From Candidatus Nomurabacteria bacterium (GTDB lineage: Bacteria > Patescibacteriota > Minisyncoccia > Phycocordibacterales > UBA5272), in the NCBI GenBank assembly GCA_028286645.1, contig JAQBRF010000004.1:205192-269191 (forward strand): a stretch of DNA of 64,000 bases, written 5' to 3'. The number at the start of each line of letters is the position of its first letter. Within the stretch, counting starts at the first letter, position 1. Shown here piece after piece: positions 29,867 through 39,765 of the stretch. Position numbers and translations under genes: made by a program. The notes beneath the pieces were generated by a model that searched no databases, had not been told where the DNA came from, and worked only from the letters and a program-made list of their open reading frames with translations.

Positions 29867-30019
29867 ATGCTTACAACAATTGCAGTAATACTACTCATAC
29901 TATGGCTACTAGGATTCATTGGGTTCCATGTATTAGGCGGTTTTATTCACATTCTTCTGGTAGTTGCTATCATATTATTCTTAATAAGAATAATTAGAGG
30001 AGAAAATCCTGTTAGATAA
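29867..30019 (+). CDS. lmo0937-family small membrane protein (not in ORF track)
   Basis: MLTTIAVILLILWLLGFIGFHVLGGFIHILLVVAIILFLIRIIRG; SD AAGGA. Confidence 0.85.
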   Translation: MLTTIAVILLILWLLGFIGFHVLGGFIHILLVVAIILFLIRIIRGENPVR

Positions 30020-30051
30020 TAATAGAACTTGAAACTGAATTAATTGAATAA

Positions 30052-30085
30052 AAGTAAAAAGCTGCATTTATGCAGCTTTTTACTT
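30052..30085. terminator. Bidirectional terminator
   Basis: AAAAAGCTGCA-TTTA-TGCAGCTTTTT. Confidence 0.8.
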
Positions 30086-30133
30086 GCCTGTACAAATCTA
30101 AGTTTTATGGTAGTATAATACTTATATAATATT

Positions 30134-31246
30134 ATGAACTTAAAAGAAGAAGCTCAAAAGATTCTAAATTTAGCAGACATTAAAATAGGAGGAGATAGAC
30201 CATGGGATATGATCATACACGATGAGCGTGTATATGCCGATGTCTTAAGCAAGGGATCTGTTGCTCTTGGAGAAACTTATATGAACTCATGGTGGGATTC
30301 CCCTGCGCTCGACCAATTCTTTGATAAATTAATTTCAGCTAATTTGAAAGAGAAAGTTAGGCCGACTTTCAGCCATTTGATGCTTTATTTATCTGCTAAA
30401 TTTTTTAATAAGCAATCAAAGAAAAGAGCTTTCATCGTTGGAGAAAAGCATTATGATGCGGGAAATGATTTATATACTCGCATGCTTGATAAAAGACTTA
30501 CATATACTTGCGGATATTGGAAAGAAGCAAAGACTTTAGACGAAGCACAAGAAGCTAAACTTGATCTGATCTGTAAAAAAATAGGGCTAAAGTCAGGTGA
30601 TAAAGTTTTAGACATAGGCTGTGGCTGGGGAAGCTTCGCTAAGTTTGCTGCAGAAAAGTATGGCGCTCACGTCGTCGGCATTACTATTTCCAATGAACAA
30701 GCCAAGCTTGCTCGAGAGCTCGTTGTAGGACTTCCCGTAGAAATAAGAGTATGCGACTACAGAGAGATGAATGAGAAGTTCGACCATATTATCTCTATTG
30801 GAATGTTTGAGCATGTCGGATATAAAAACTTCAGGACTTATATGGAAGTGGCAAATCGCTGCTTAAAAGATGATGGGCTATTTCTGCTTCATACAATTGG
30901 AAACAACTATTCTGATCTTCATACAGATCCATGGATAGAGAAGTATATATTCCCAAATGGGCTACTCCCCTCTATTGCTCAAATAGGCAAATCAATAGAA
31001 AGATTATTTATAATGGAAGACTGGCATAATTTCGGAACTGATTATGATAAGACCCTCATGGTATGGAACGAAAACTTTGAAAAATCCTGGGATGAGATAA
31101 AGGATAAATACGATGAAAGGTTTAAAAGAATGTGGAATTATTATCTGCTAATGTGCGCAGGTTCATTCCGAGCTCGCGATATTAATCTATGGCAAATTGT
31201 ATTATCTAAAAAAGGAGTTAAGGGAGGATACAAGTCAATAAGATAG
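30134..31246 (+). CDS. cfa: Cyclopropane-fatty-acyl-phospholipid synthase
   Basis: HYDAGNDLY; LDIGCGWG; SIGMFEHVG; YIFPNG. Confidence 0.93.
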   Translation: MNLKEEAQKILNLADIKIGGDRPWDMIIHDERVYADVLSKGSVALGETYMNSWWDSPALDQFFDKLISANLKEKVRPTFSHLMLYLSAKFFNKQSKKRAFIVGEKHYDAGNDLYTRMLDKRLTYTCGYWKEAKTLDEAQEAKLDLICKKIGLKSGDKVLDIGCGWGSFAKFAAEKYGAHVVGITISNEQAKLARELVVGLPVEIRVCDYREMNEKFDHIISIGMFEHVGYKNFRTYMEVANRCLKDDGLFLLHTIGNNYSDLHTDPWIEKYIFPNGLLPSIAQIGKSIERLFIMEDWHNFGTDYDKTLMVWNENFEKSWDEIKDKYDERFKRMWNYYLLMCAGSFRARDINLWQIVLSKKGVKGGYKSIR

Positions 31247-31336
31247 ATTCATATTTGTATACTTCAGAAAATGATCGTAGAAAATAAAAAGTGAGGAACC
31301 CGGAGGTCCCTCACCAGTGCACTAGATCCGCCCTTT

Positions 31337-32071
31337 TCAGTACGCGAAGCGTAATCCGACCACTTCGATTATGCGTGTCACACGACTTATGCCGCCGTCC
31401 TTGATTTCAGACGGATCGATATATCGCACCGAAGCGACCACCGACCAATTACGGTTAACGGAGTAACCGCCAATCGCTTCTGCATTCCAGACGTTGCCAG
31501 ATGTGGAACCTAACATCGTCTGATAGTGCCCCCGGTCAAGAATCCCCGTCCATGACCAGGGTCCAGCCTTGCCGATCAACTTGATGCCGACGCGGTTCAC
31601 GGTCGCACCGTCGATCTGCCCACCCATCATGTATACGAGTTCACCCTTATAGAACGGGCAAATCTCGCCGACGGCGAACTTGGGACATTTGTCCGGGCTC
31701 AGGATGAGCACCGGATTTATGATGTCGTTCGACCCCGCCGTGCCGGTGGGAAAGCGGTCGATGAAGGTGACAGATACATCGCAGCGAACCCCGTAGAAAA
31801 CACAGAGCCATCCCACCTTCCCGTCGGTTTCGTTGCCGAAGTGCGCCGTCTCTCCGCCCACAAGCCGTTTGGAGGCCCACAGTTCTCCATAAACGCCGTT
31901 CTTTGCGAAGACGTCGACGAATCCCTGGACGACTGGCTTATTGCTTGCCATGAAGCCGTTAGGGAGCTGATAGCTCGACAGAATACTGAGGCCTCCGGTT
32001 ACGCTAGGCGATTCCGCTACCGCAAGGGTGGCGCTAAAGATCATCAGAATTGCGGCGATAAGCTTCTTCAT
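31337..32071 (-). CDS. GC-rich secreted protein resembling an outer-membrane beta-barrel (TorF/TIGR02001-like; solo unit)
   Basis: Signal peptide, PVVQG, alternating beta-strands, C-terminal GLRFAY; SD GAGGAGG; terminator at ~31286-31314. Confidence 0.65.
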   Translation of the reverse strand: MKKLIAAILMIFSATLAVAESPSVTGGLSILSSYQLPNGFMASNKPVVQGFVDVFAKNGVYGELWASKRLVGGETAHFGNETDGKVGWLCVFYGVRCDVSVTFIDRFPTGTAGSNDIINPVLILSPDKCPKFAVGEICPFYKGELVYMMGGQIDGATVNRVGIKLIGKAGPWSWTGILDRGHYQTMLGSTSGNVWNAEAIGGYSVNRNWSVVASVRYIDPSEIKDGGISRVTRIIEVVGLRFAY

Positions 32072-32255
32072 GTTTCCTCCTCGAAATTAAACAGATCAGA
32101 ATTTAGAAAGGTCTGTCTTGCTGGAATTAATTTCAGACCAAGTATGAGATCACACTATATAAACTAATTGAGGCTGTCAAGAATGAGGAAAACTATATAA
32201 GTACTAGAATTGAATATTAACTTACATTTATTTTGTCCTAATACATATCATAATT

Positions 32256-32284
32256 TGTAAGGTATAATGACTACTCAACGTCTA
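32256..32284 (+). promoter_or_regulatory. Candidate ECF promoter overlapping the sigma start codon
   Basis: TGTAAG-17-CGTCTA, with TATAAT inside the spacer. Confidence 0.55.
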
Positions 32285-32793
32285 TGAATATAGAAGATCG
32301 TCGAAAAGACTTTAAACAACGATTAACTGTCGCATATACAAATCATAGCGATTCACTTTTTAGACTTTGTCTTTACAAAACAAGCTCAAATGAAACCGCG
32401 AAAGATATACTCCAAGAAACCTATTTAAGATATTGGGATTATTTATCTCAGGGGAAAATTGTCGATAGTGAGAAGGCTTTCCTCTTTCAAATAGCCAGAA
32501 ATTTAATCATTGATTATTACAGGAAGAAAAAGTCTGTTTCATTAGACTCTCTTAAGGAAGAAGGCTTTGATCCAGGAGATGCGAGCCATAATAAAATAGT
32601 AAACGAAGCAGAAGTAAACATTGCTATCGAAACTATAAATAATTTAGATGAAAAATATAAGGATGTTGTGTATATGAGATTAATAGAAGATATGCCAATG
32701 GAAGAAATAGGCCGATCTCTCGGGATAAGCGCAAATACTGCCACAGTTAGATTCCACAGAGGCATGAAACAGCTTGAAAAGGAATTCAAATAA
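32284..32793 (+). CDS. ECF RNA polymerase sigma factor
   Basis: DILQETYLR; FLFQIARNLIIDYYRK; region 4 HTH. Confidence 0.93.
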   Translation: MNIEDRRKDFKQRLTVAYTNHSDSLFRLCLYKTSSNETAKDILQETYLRYWDYLSQGKIVDSEKAFLFQIARNLIIDYYRKKKSVSLDSLKEEGFDPGDASHNKIVNEAEVNIAIETINNLDEKYKDVVYMRLIEDMPMEEIGRSLGISANTATVRFHRGMKQLEKEFK

Positions 32794-32794
32794 A

Positions 32795-33586
32795 ATGAAA
32801 AAGACAGACAAAACACAATTCAATAGCTCCGTAGAATCTTTAAAGAAAACAAAGATGCTTGAAAACGACAGAAATGACATGGAGTCATCTATTTTCTCGG
32901 CCCTTGACACGAGAATTCCTGTTATTCCTGGATTTATTCCTAGTCCTTACCAACATTCTGTCTTCGAAAGAACAAAAAAACCATTAATCTTAGGATTGAG
33001 CGGTATTGTTATATTTTCAGGCAGTTTAGCTTTTGCCGCTAATGGAGCTCTTCCAGGAGATACCTTATATAAAATAAAAACAAAAGTTACCGAACCTTTA
33101 GTTTTGCTATTTAAACATGACCCAACAGAAAGGGCGGAGTACCAACTAGGCTTAGCAAATAAAAGAGCTGCTGAGATAAAGATATTAAAAGATCGGAACA
33201 CTCTTACGGTAGAGCAAAGCAAAGAAGCTAATGAAATTATGATGAATAATATTAATGCAGCGTGGGATGATTCAGAAAATATTACAACAGGAGCCAAAGG
33301 AAGCATACAAATAGATATCCAAAGAGTGAAAAGCGACCTTATAAATTCAACCAACAACGGCATTGATAGCTCTTCATCCTTAAAGGCTACATCTACTATT
33401 TCTTCCTCAAATATGAATAATGGCAGCAGCTCAATAGATTTAAAACAAGACTTAAAAGTTAATTCGTCCGGGAATCGGCTCATTGATGCAAATGGAACTA
33501 CACCTCATAATTCTTCTGCCTCTTCCTCCCCTATTTCTAAGCCTGATCTCTCATTCCCTTCTAAAAATACCCCTGATTTAAACTAG
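32795..33586 (+). CDS. DUF5667-domain putative anti-sigma factor
   Basis: TM followed by ALPGDTLYKIK...E. Confidence 0.8.
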   Translation: MKKTDKTQFNSSVESLKKTKMLENDRNDMESSIFSALDTRIPVIPGFIPSPYQHSVFERTKKPLILGLSGIVIFSGSLAFAANGALPGDTLYKIKTKVTEPLVLLFKHDPTERAEYQLGLANKRAAEIKILKDRNTLTVEQSKEANEIMMNNINAAWDDSENITTGAKGSIQIDIQRVKSDLINSTNNGIDSSSSLKATSTISSSNMNNGSSSIDLKQDLKVNSSGNRLIDANGTTPHNSSASSSPISKPDLSFPSKNTPDLN

Positions 33587-33596
33587 GGGTAGAAAT

Positions 33597-33624
33597 TGTA
33601 AGATTTCAAGAACTTATACGTCTA
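33597..33624 (+). promoter_or_regulatory. Candidate ECF promoter
   Basis: TGTAAG-16-CGTCTA directly upstream of ORF 33630. Confidence 0.6.
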
Positions 33625-33629
33625 CTACT

Positions 33630-34418
33630 ATGAACAAGAAAACTAATTATAAAGAAACTAAAACTATGAAAAAAATAAATATTAAAAATGGTGTTGTGGC
33701 TCTAGGGATCGCAGCGCTTACTATTAGCGGAGCTTCAGCTCTAACCATAAATACGGTTACATCTGGAAGTTCAACAACTTCCTCATCAGGCGGAACTGGC
33801 CAAGTAAATGGAACCAATACAAATTCTGGAGCAAACTCAAATTCTTCTATAAATGCTAATGCAAATATTAACGCGACTGTAGGACATACAAGCTCTTCAA
33901 GCGATGCCACAAGCTCAGGAAGTTCGACTTCTGGCGGAAGCGTTATGACTACAGGAAGTAACAGCATTATGATTTCTGCTCCGCTTAATATTTCAAGCGA
34001 TGCGGATTTTCAAACATACAGCAATAGCATAATGACAAATGATTCAAATGTATCAAGCATTACAGCCTCAGGTGATAATGGCATTGTTGTAGAGTATAAG
34101 CATCCGGGAAAGTTTCTAGGATTTATTCCAGTAACTGTTACTGCAACAACAGAAGTTACGTCAAACTCAGATAATACAGTAAATGTTAAAACAAAGTTGC
34201 CATGGTGGGCTATGTTTGTAAGCGGCGTACAATCTTTTAAATCAAATATTGAAACACGATTACAAAACTCAAGCGACTTACAAGCAAGCATGAACGCGCG
34301 AGCATCTGCCGCAGGTAAAGCTCGAGCCGTATACCAAATTGTTTCTGGCTTAAACGCCGAAGCAAATGCAAATTCAACAACAAACACTTCTGTAAATGGA
34401 AGCACCAATAATCAGTAG
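33630..34418 (+). CDS. Secreted Ser/Thr/Asn-rich protein
   Basis: Signal peptide (start may be 33666); KFLGFIPV and LPWW motifs; terminator at 34433-34466. Confidence 0.8.
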   Translation: MNKKTNYKETKTMKKINIKNGVVALGIAALTISGASALTINTVTSGSSTTSSSGGTGQVNGTNTNSGANSNSSINANANINATVGHTSSSSDATSSGSSTSGGSVMTTGSNSIMISAPLNISSDADFQTYSNSIMTNDSNVSSITASGDNGIVVEYKHPGKFLGFIPVTVTATTEVTSNSDNTVNVKTKLPWWAMFVSGVQSFKSNIETRLQNSSDLQASMNARASAAGKARAVYQIVSGLNAEANANSTTNTSVNGSTNNQ

Positions 34419-34498
34419 AAATAGTTAAACTTAACAAAAGAGAGTCCGGCTAGGCTCTCTTTTGTTTTGATTTTAAAATAATTTGGTAGAATGGATAA

Positions 34499-35140
34499 AT
34501 GTACGGATTAACAGATAAGGAGATATCTATATTGAAGAAGTTAGACATCCCTCAGAAAATTCAAGATTTCTTGGACAGGATTCCATATAATCACGAATTA
34601 AAAGGAGAAACATGCATGTCCCCTAAAAGAGTTTTGGAAGAAAGGAGAGCTCACTGCATAGAGGCAGCAATGTTTGCCTCTATTGCTTTAATGCTTCAAG
34701 GGAGACCTCCGCTGGTACTTAGTCTTAAAGTAACAAGTGCGGACGACGACTATCATGCTGTCGCATTATTTAAAGAAAATGGATACTGGGGAGCCATAAG
34801 CAAGACTAATCATGCTGTACTAAGATATCGTGACCCAATATATAAAACTATACGGGAACTTGCATTATCATATTTCCATGAATATTATTTAGGGAGCAGT
34901 GGCCAGAAAACCCTGCGAGGCTATACTAGACCCATAAATTTAAAAAAATTTGGAACTAAATGGGTATCTGAAGAAATGGACTTATGGAAAATAGCGGAAT
35001 CTATTTATGTAACAAAACATATAGACATTATTCCTAAAGGTAATGAAAAGTTAATTAGAAATGCTACGCCTTTTGAAAGAAAAGTGACAAATGTAGAGGA
35101 ATGGCTAAGGAATGAAAATATTAATCAAATGATAAAGTAA
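34499..35140 (+). CDS. Transglutaminase-like hypothetical protein
   Basis: AHCIEAA; HAVALF; WGAISKTNH. Confidence 0.75.
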   Translation: MYGLTDKEISILKKLDIPQKIQDFLDRIPYNHELKGETCMSPKRVLEERRAHCIEAAMFASIALMLQGRPPLVLSLKVTSADDDYHAVALFKENGYWGAISKTNHAVLRYRDPIYKTIRELALSYFHEYYLGSSGQKTLRGYTRPINLKKFGTKWVSEEMDLWKIAESIYVTKHIDIIPKGNEKLIRNATPFERKVTNVEEWLRNENINQMIK

Positions 35141-35142
35141 AA

Positions 35143-36033
35143 ATGAAAGTCCTTATAAAGATAATTCTCATACTGGCCATTGCTCTATGCGGTGCATATT
35201 ATTATAGAAATGTTGTGCTTGTTCCATGTGACAAGCCTATTACTTATAAAATAGGAACTATTGATGCAGGCTTTGGAATAACAAAGGAAGAATTTAAAAC
35301 TGTGATAGAAACGGCATCTGAAGCATGGGAAAAGCCAATCGGTAAAAACTTATTCCAATATGATGACGCAGGAAAGCTGACAATAAACCTTATATATGAT
35401 CATAGGCAGATGATTACCGATACAAATCAAGAATTGAAAGCGGATGTAGATAAAATAAGCGGGGCGGCTCAGTCTGTTAGAGAACAATACACTTCTTTAA
35501 AGAGCCAGCTAGCAAATCTTCAAAATCTATATAACTCTAGTGTTTCGGATTTTGAAGCAAGACAAAGCAAATATAATGACGACGTTAATTATTGGAACGA
35601 TCATGGAGGAGCGCCGCGGGATGAATATAATGCATTAAATGCTGAAAGAAATAGCCTCGAGACTGAGCGTGCTTCTTTAGAAGCGAAGCGCCAGCAAATA
35701 AATAGTTTAGTTGATGAAATCAATGCGTTTATTAAAAAATATAATCTCTTAGTAAATCAAGCAAATACTAATATCAGCAAAATAAATCAAAATGCAGGCG
35801 TAGAGTTTGAAGAAGGATTGTATACCCCTTCTACAAACACTATTGATATATATGAATATAGTAATAAAAACAAATTTATAAGAGTAACCGCCCATGAATT
35901 GGGACATGCCCTAGGAATTGATCACAACGATAACATAGGATCAATTATGTATAAATCAAACATTGGGAGTAACTTATCATTATCAAAAGAAGATCTATCT
36001 AGCTTAAAGAGCGTTTGTAATTTAAATAATTAG
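35143..36033 (+). CDS. Matrixin-family metalloprotease with coiled coil
   Basis: HELGHALGIDH and Met-turn SIMY. Confidence 0.9.
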   Translation: MKVLIKIILILAIALCGAYYYRNVVLVPCDKPITYKIGTIDAGFGITKEEFKTVIETASEAWEKPIGKNLFQYDDAGKLTINLIYDHRQMITDTNQELKADVDKISGAAQSVREQYTSLKSQLANLQNLYNSSVSDFEARQSKYNDDVNYWNDHGGAPRDEYNALNAERNSLETERASLEAKRQQINSLVDEINAFIKKYNLLVNQANTNISKINQNAGVEFEEGLYTPSTNTIDIYEYSNKNKFIRVTAHELGHALGIDHNDNIGSIMYKSNIGSNLSLSKEDLSSLKSVCNLNN

Positions 36034-37118
36034 AGATTTACCTCAGTTAAAGGAACTGCCGCGCTTTTTTCCACTTTAAAGGTTTCTCGCCCTACAACGC
36101 GTTTACCCCCTACTTTTACGGTCACTCTCCAGAGGCCTGGAGTCACATTATTCTTAAACGAATATGTTCTATACCCTTCAGTCCTCCCTCCTACTATCCC
36201 AAAGGATACGATATTGGATTGTTTCCATTTTCCTTCTTTCTCATCATAATATTCCCATACGTGAGAGATTGGGGCAGTTAGCTCTGCCGGAGCATTTATA
36301 GAGCTAAAGAAATAAATTTGGGATTCACTGTTTGAAAGATGAAATACTGGGGTATGAAACTTAGCAAATATTCCTTTATATGTATCTCTTTCTTCAAGCG
36401 CGGGGAATTCACTGCCCTCATGCCTGATTGAGTGATATATTCCGCTTTTATTTAATGATAACGGAACCGCTGGTAAAACATTTAAAAAATAAAGCATTCC
36501 TACAAACATGGGAATTCCCACCGCAAGAGCATAACCTCTCGGTGCTTCATTTTGCGCAGCCTCTGATGTAAATTTAAGAATAAATATATAAGCCATGCAT
36601 ATGGCAATTGCAATCGCAATACTTATGCTGAAAGTGACATCATTTTGGGACTTCAGAATTACAGGCATATGAAATACCGTGTAAAAAAGAGTGGCCAAGA
36701 AAAGAATCCCGACATCTAATGTAAATCTAAAGCTGTGCGATGATACTAATTCATTAGATAAGATACAAAGCAAAAGAATTACAAGAAGCGGCCAGCTTAC
36801 AAAAATATCCGCGCCGCGCATGGAATAAATAAATACAAATGATAGAGCGGAACCAAGTAAACATACAATTCCAAAGGTTGAAAAAGAATACAGTTTTTGC
36901 TCAGTTTTACTTGCGGTATTTCTCGATACGAGCCATTCTCTAAACATAATAAGCAATGCCGTCGAAACTAAGTAAGCAAGTCCAAAGTATAATGCGCGGG
37001 GTTTATCTATATCGGGCAGAATCGCCATATCAACAAAAAATCCGACAATGAATAATATTGTCGTCGAATGATGTTTATATGTGTCCAGTGACTTAAGTGA
37101 GAGCAGGACTTTCGACAT
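36030..37118 (-). CDS. DUF2914-domain membrane protein
   Basis: GGRTEGYRTYS; PGLWRV. Confidence 0.8.
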   Translation of the reverse strand: MSKVLLSLKSLDTYKHHSTTILFIVGFFVDMAILPDIDKPRALYFGLAYLVSTALLIMFREWLVSRNTASKTEQKLYSFSTFGIVCLLGSALSFVFIYSMRGADIFVSWPLLVILLLCILSNELVSSHSFRFTLDVGILFLATLFYTVFHMPVILKSQNDVTFSISIAIAIAICMAYIFILKFTSEAAQNEAPRGYALAVGIPMFVGMLYFLNVLPAVPLSLNKSGIYHSIRHEGSEFPALEERDTYKGIFAKFHTPVFHLSNSESQIYFFSSINAPAELTAPISHVWEYYDEKEGKWKQSNIVSFGIVGGRTEGYRTYSFKNNVTPGLWRVTVKVGGKRVVGRETFKVEKSAAVPLTEVNL

Positions 37119-37218
37119 ATATAGATTAGTTTACCTGTAAAGACGCCAAATCTGAAATTATTTAGAATGAGGGAAAGTGGTATAATGAAATGTATTATAA
37201 TAAGAAAGTTCAGAAACT

Positions 37219-37638
37219 ATGAATTTATATTTACATTTTTTAGCTATAGCGTATGCAGCATATAATGTCTTTCGCGCGGACCATATGGGTTTCAATTGGA
37301 TAAGAGGGAAATACCAGACATTAGACGAAAAGAAAGTTAGGTTTTACCATATAAGCACATATGTAGCACTCTTCTTAGTCATCGCTACGGGTATAAATTT
37401 ATTTTGGCCTATTCATGAATATCTCCTAACTAGACCGCAATTTTACACTAAGATGGCGTTTGTTTTACTGCTTTTGATTAACAGTGTTGCAATAGGCAAG
37501 TTTTCAAAAGTAGCAACGATAAAACCTTGGTCATCTTTAACTAATAAAGAAAAGCTTCCTCTCATCATCACGGGAGGCCTTTCCACTATCGGATGGTTAG
37601 GAGCATTTGCCGGAGGATTCTTTCTTATTCCAAACTAG
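37219..37638 (+). CDS. Membrane protein
   Basis: Four TM segments. Confidence 0.7.
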   Translation: MNLYLHFLAIAYAAYNVFRADHMGFNWIRGKYQTLDEKKVRFYHISTYVALFLVIATGINLFWPIHEYLLTRPQFYTKMAFVLLLLINSVAIGKFSKVATIKPWSSLTNKEKLPLIITGGLSTIGWLGAFAGGFFLIPN

Positions 37639-37639
37639 T

Positions 37640-37981
37640 ATGATTGATCTCGCCCCTGAAATATTTAGACAAAGGCTTGTTATAGAAGGAATTCCTCATG
37701 ATACAATCAGCGCCTTATTGATTTCGAACTATTTAAAAGACTTGTCCGTTCAAATTGATATGGTTACTTTAATAGAACCCATAACTCATAGAAGTGAAAA
37801 ATTTGGATGGTTGGGATGGATACACTGGGAAACCTCCGGGGCGCATTTTTATGCCTGGGAAACACCTATATTATTTTTTTCGGTAGATATTTACACATGT
37901 AAAAGATTTGATGCCCAAATCGCTGTAAATTTTACTAAAGAATTTTTTAACTGTAATTCTATTGAATACAAAGAATTTTAG
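37640..37981 (+). CDS. S-adenosylmethionine decarboxylase-family protein
   Basis: WETSGAH; SVDIYTCK; ATG at 37640. Confidence 0.75.
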   Translation: MIDLAPEIFRQRLVIEGIPHDTISALLISNYLKDLSVQIDMVTLIEPITHRSEKFGWLGWIHWETSGAHFYAWETPILFFSVDIYTCKRFDAQIAVNFTKEFFNCNSIEYKEF

Positions 37982-39003
37982 TATTCACCAAAAGAAAGCA
38001 AAATTGCAGTAAACGCTACCCAAGAGTGAGCCTGAGACACTTCTAAAAGATTTCTTTTTTCAAGTAATTCTAATATTAATCTTGAGCTTATTATTTGTGG
38101 ATATGATTTTGCGATTTCTGATAAGTCAGCTACTCTGCTTTTATCATCCTCATTATTATTCGCTTGATTTACCCTCAAGATAAGTGCTTCTCTTACTAAT
38201 TCTAAGAAAACATCATACGCCTTTATAGCATCAATGTTTCTTTTCTTTAAATCATCTGTTATCTTTAAGATCCCCTTTGCATTCTTTTCACAAACAGCTC
38301 TCAATAGTTCTATAAAGCTTTCTTCCTCCGGGGTTCCCAGCTTTTCCATTACGCTTTCATGATTTATCTTTTTATCTCCGGTTGTTAGAACTTGCTCAAG
38401 AATCCCCAATGCATCTCTATATGAGCCCTTACCTTCTTTTGCGATAAGCTCTCCAGTTTCTTTCGGCAATAAATATCCTTCTTTCTCTGCAATTTTAATT
38501 AATGTTTCAGTAAGCACATTTATTTCAGGCTGCTTAAAAACTATTTTTTGGCATCGGGATGTAATCGTCTGCGGAAGCTTCTCTGGATCAGTGGTGGCTA
38601 AGATAAATACCACATGGCTTGGCGGTTCTTCAAGGGTCTTTAAAAGAGCATTAGCAGCCTCTTTAGTAAGCATGTGCGCTTCATCGACAATGTACACCTT
38701 ATAAGGAGAAACAAATGGCGCCGTTCTTACTGCTTCACGGAGTTCTCGGATTTCATCAATCCCTCTGTTAGACGCAGCGTCTATTTCTATTATATCCATC
38801 GGATCGCAGCCTATTTCTCTCGCTACAATTCTCGCTACTGTAGTTTTACCAGTTCCGCGGCCCCCGCTAAATAAATATGCATGAGAAATTTTCTTTTGCT
38901 TTATAGCGCTAGTTAAAAGTTCAATGGCATTAACTTGTCCCACTACATCATCAAATTTCTGCGGACGGTATTTTCTATATAAAGCTAAATGAGGGTCTGA
39001 CAT
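37978..39003 (-). CDS. dnaX: DNA polymerase III subunit gamma/tau
   Basis: LYRKYRPQ; GGRGTGKTT; EIDAASNRG; DEAHML; SRC. Confidence 0.97.
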   Translation of the reverse strand: MSDPHLALYRKYRPQKFDDVVGQVNAIELLTSAIKQKKISHAYLFSGGRGTGKTTVARIVAREIGCDPMDIIEIDAASNRGIDEIRELREAVRTAPFVSPYKVYIVDEAHMLTKEAANALLKTLEEPPSHVVFILATTDPEKLPQTITSRCQKIVFKQPEINVLTETLIKIAEKEGYLLPKETGELIAKEGKGSYRDALGILEQVLTTGDKKINHESVMEKLGTPEEESFIELLRAVCEKNAKGILKITDDLKKRNIDAIKAYDVFLELVREALILRVNQANNNEDDKSRVADLSEIAKSYPQIISSRLILELLEKRNLLEVSQAHSWVAFTAILLSFGEY

Positions 39004-39092
39004 GATAAAAGTAAGTATACATTTTAGACACTTTAGATGCCACCTAACTAAAAAGCCCTCTATGGCGTTACTTAACGCCGTAGAGGGCTGTC

Positions 39093-39671
39093 TTACTCTT
39101 GTTTCGGAATGGTGTAGATCTGACCAAGCATGATGACCTGGTCAGTGCTATCCGTATCTATCGTTTCGACTTTCTTCCAGTCTGGACAGTTTAGCTGAGC
39201 TCCCCCGTGCAAGTTTTTCAATGCTCGAACATTCTCTCGCTCGTTTGACGGGAAAACGTATCCCTGAGGACTGAGCAGAAAAAGTGCAGCAAACTGCTCG
39301 TAAGATGAACGCATCTTAGCCCAAATAGGACGATATTCGTTTGCGGCCTGGTCTCTCTCACTTCGCGCTTGCTCGAGTGCGGATTGGAGATCCTTTATAT
39401 CTTTTTTGTATGTCTCCATGTGCTTCTTATATTCTTCCATGACGGATTGTGCACCCCAGAGAATGAAGCATGATACGAGCGTAGGAAGAAAAAGAATCAC
39501 CCCGGCAATAATTGCTACGATCGTGCTTTCCGCCCATCGCCCAGCTATATATACCCCCGCGGGCACAGTCAGCAGAGCGAACAGAATTGAGATGACATAC
39601 GGAAAGAGGTTATAACCCTTGAATCTAATTTCTAAATGTTTCATTTCTATCTCCCGCTGCTCGATCAGCAT
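39093..39671 (-). CDS. GC-richer membrane/coiled-coil protein (solo unit)
   Basis: Two TM segments; TTGACA-16-TATAGT; terminator at 39050-39089; start may be 39644. Confidence 0.7.
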   Translation of the reverse strand: MLIEQREIEMKHLEIRFKGYNLFPYVISILFALLTVPAGVYIAGRWAESTIVAIIAGVILFLPTLVSCFILWGAQSVMEEYKKHMETYKKDIKDLQSALEQARSERDQAANEYRPIWAKMRSSYEQFAALFLLSPQGYVFPSNERENVRALKNLHGGAQLNCPDWKKVETIDTDSTDQVIMLGQIYTIPKQE

Positions 39672-39765
39672 TTAAAAGTACATTTAATTTCCTCCCAATG
39701 AGGAAACATAGGCATACCGAGATGCCGAAATAACTATACTGTAGAGTAGCTATTTGTCAAGCCTT

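Noticed and set aside
33760-33970. Ser/Thr/Asn-rich low complexity as a repeat array
   Set aside because: Protein linker composition; no nucleotide-level periodic repeat
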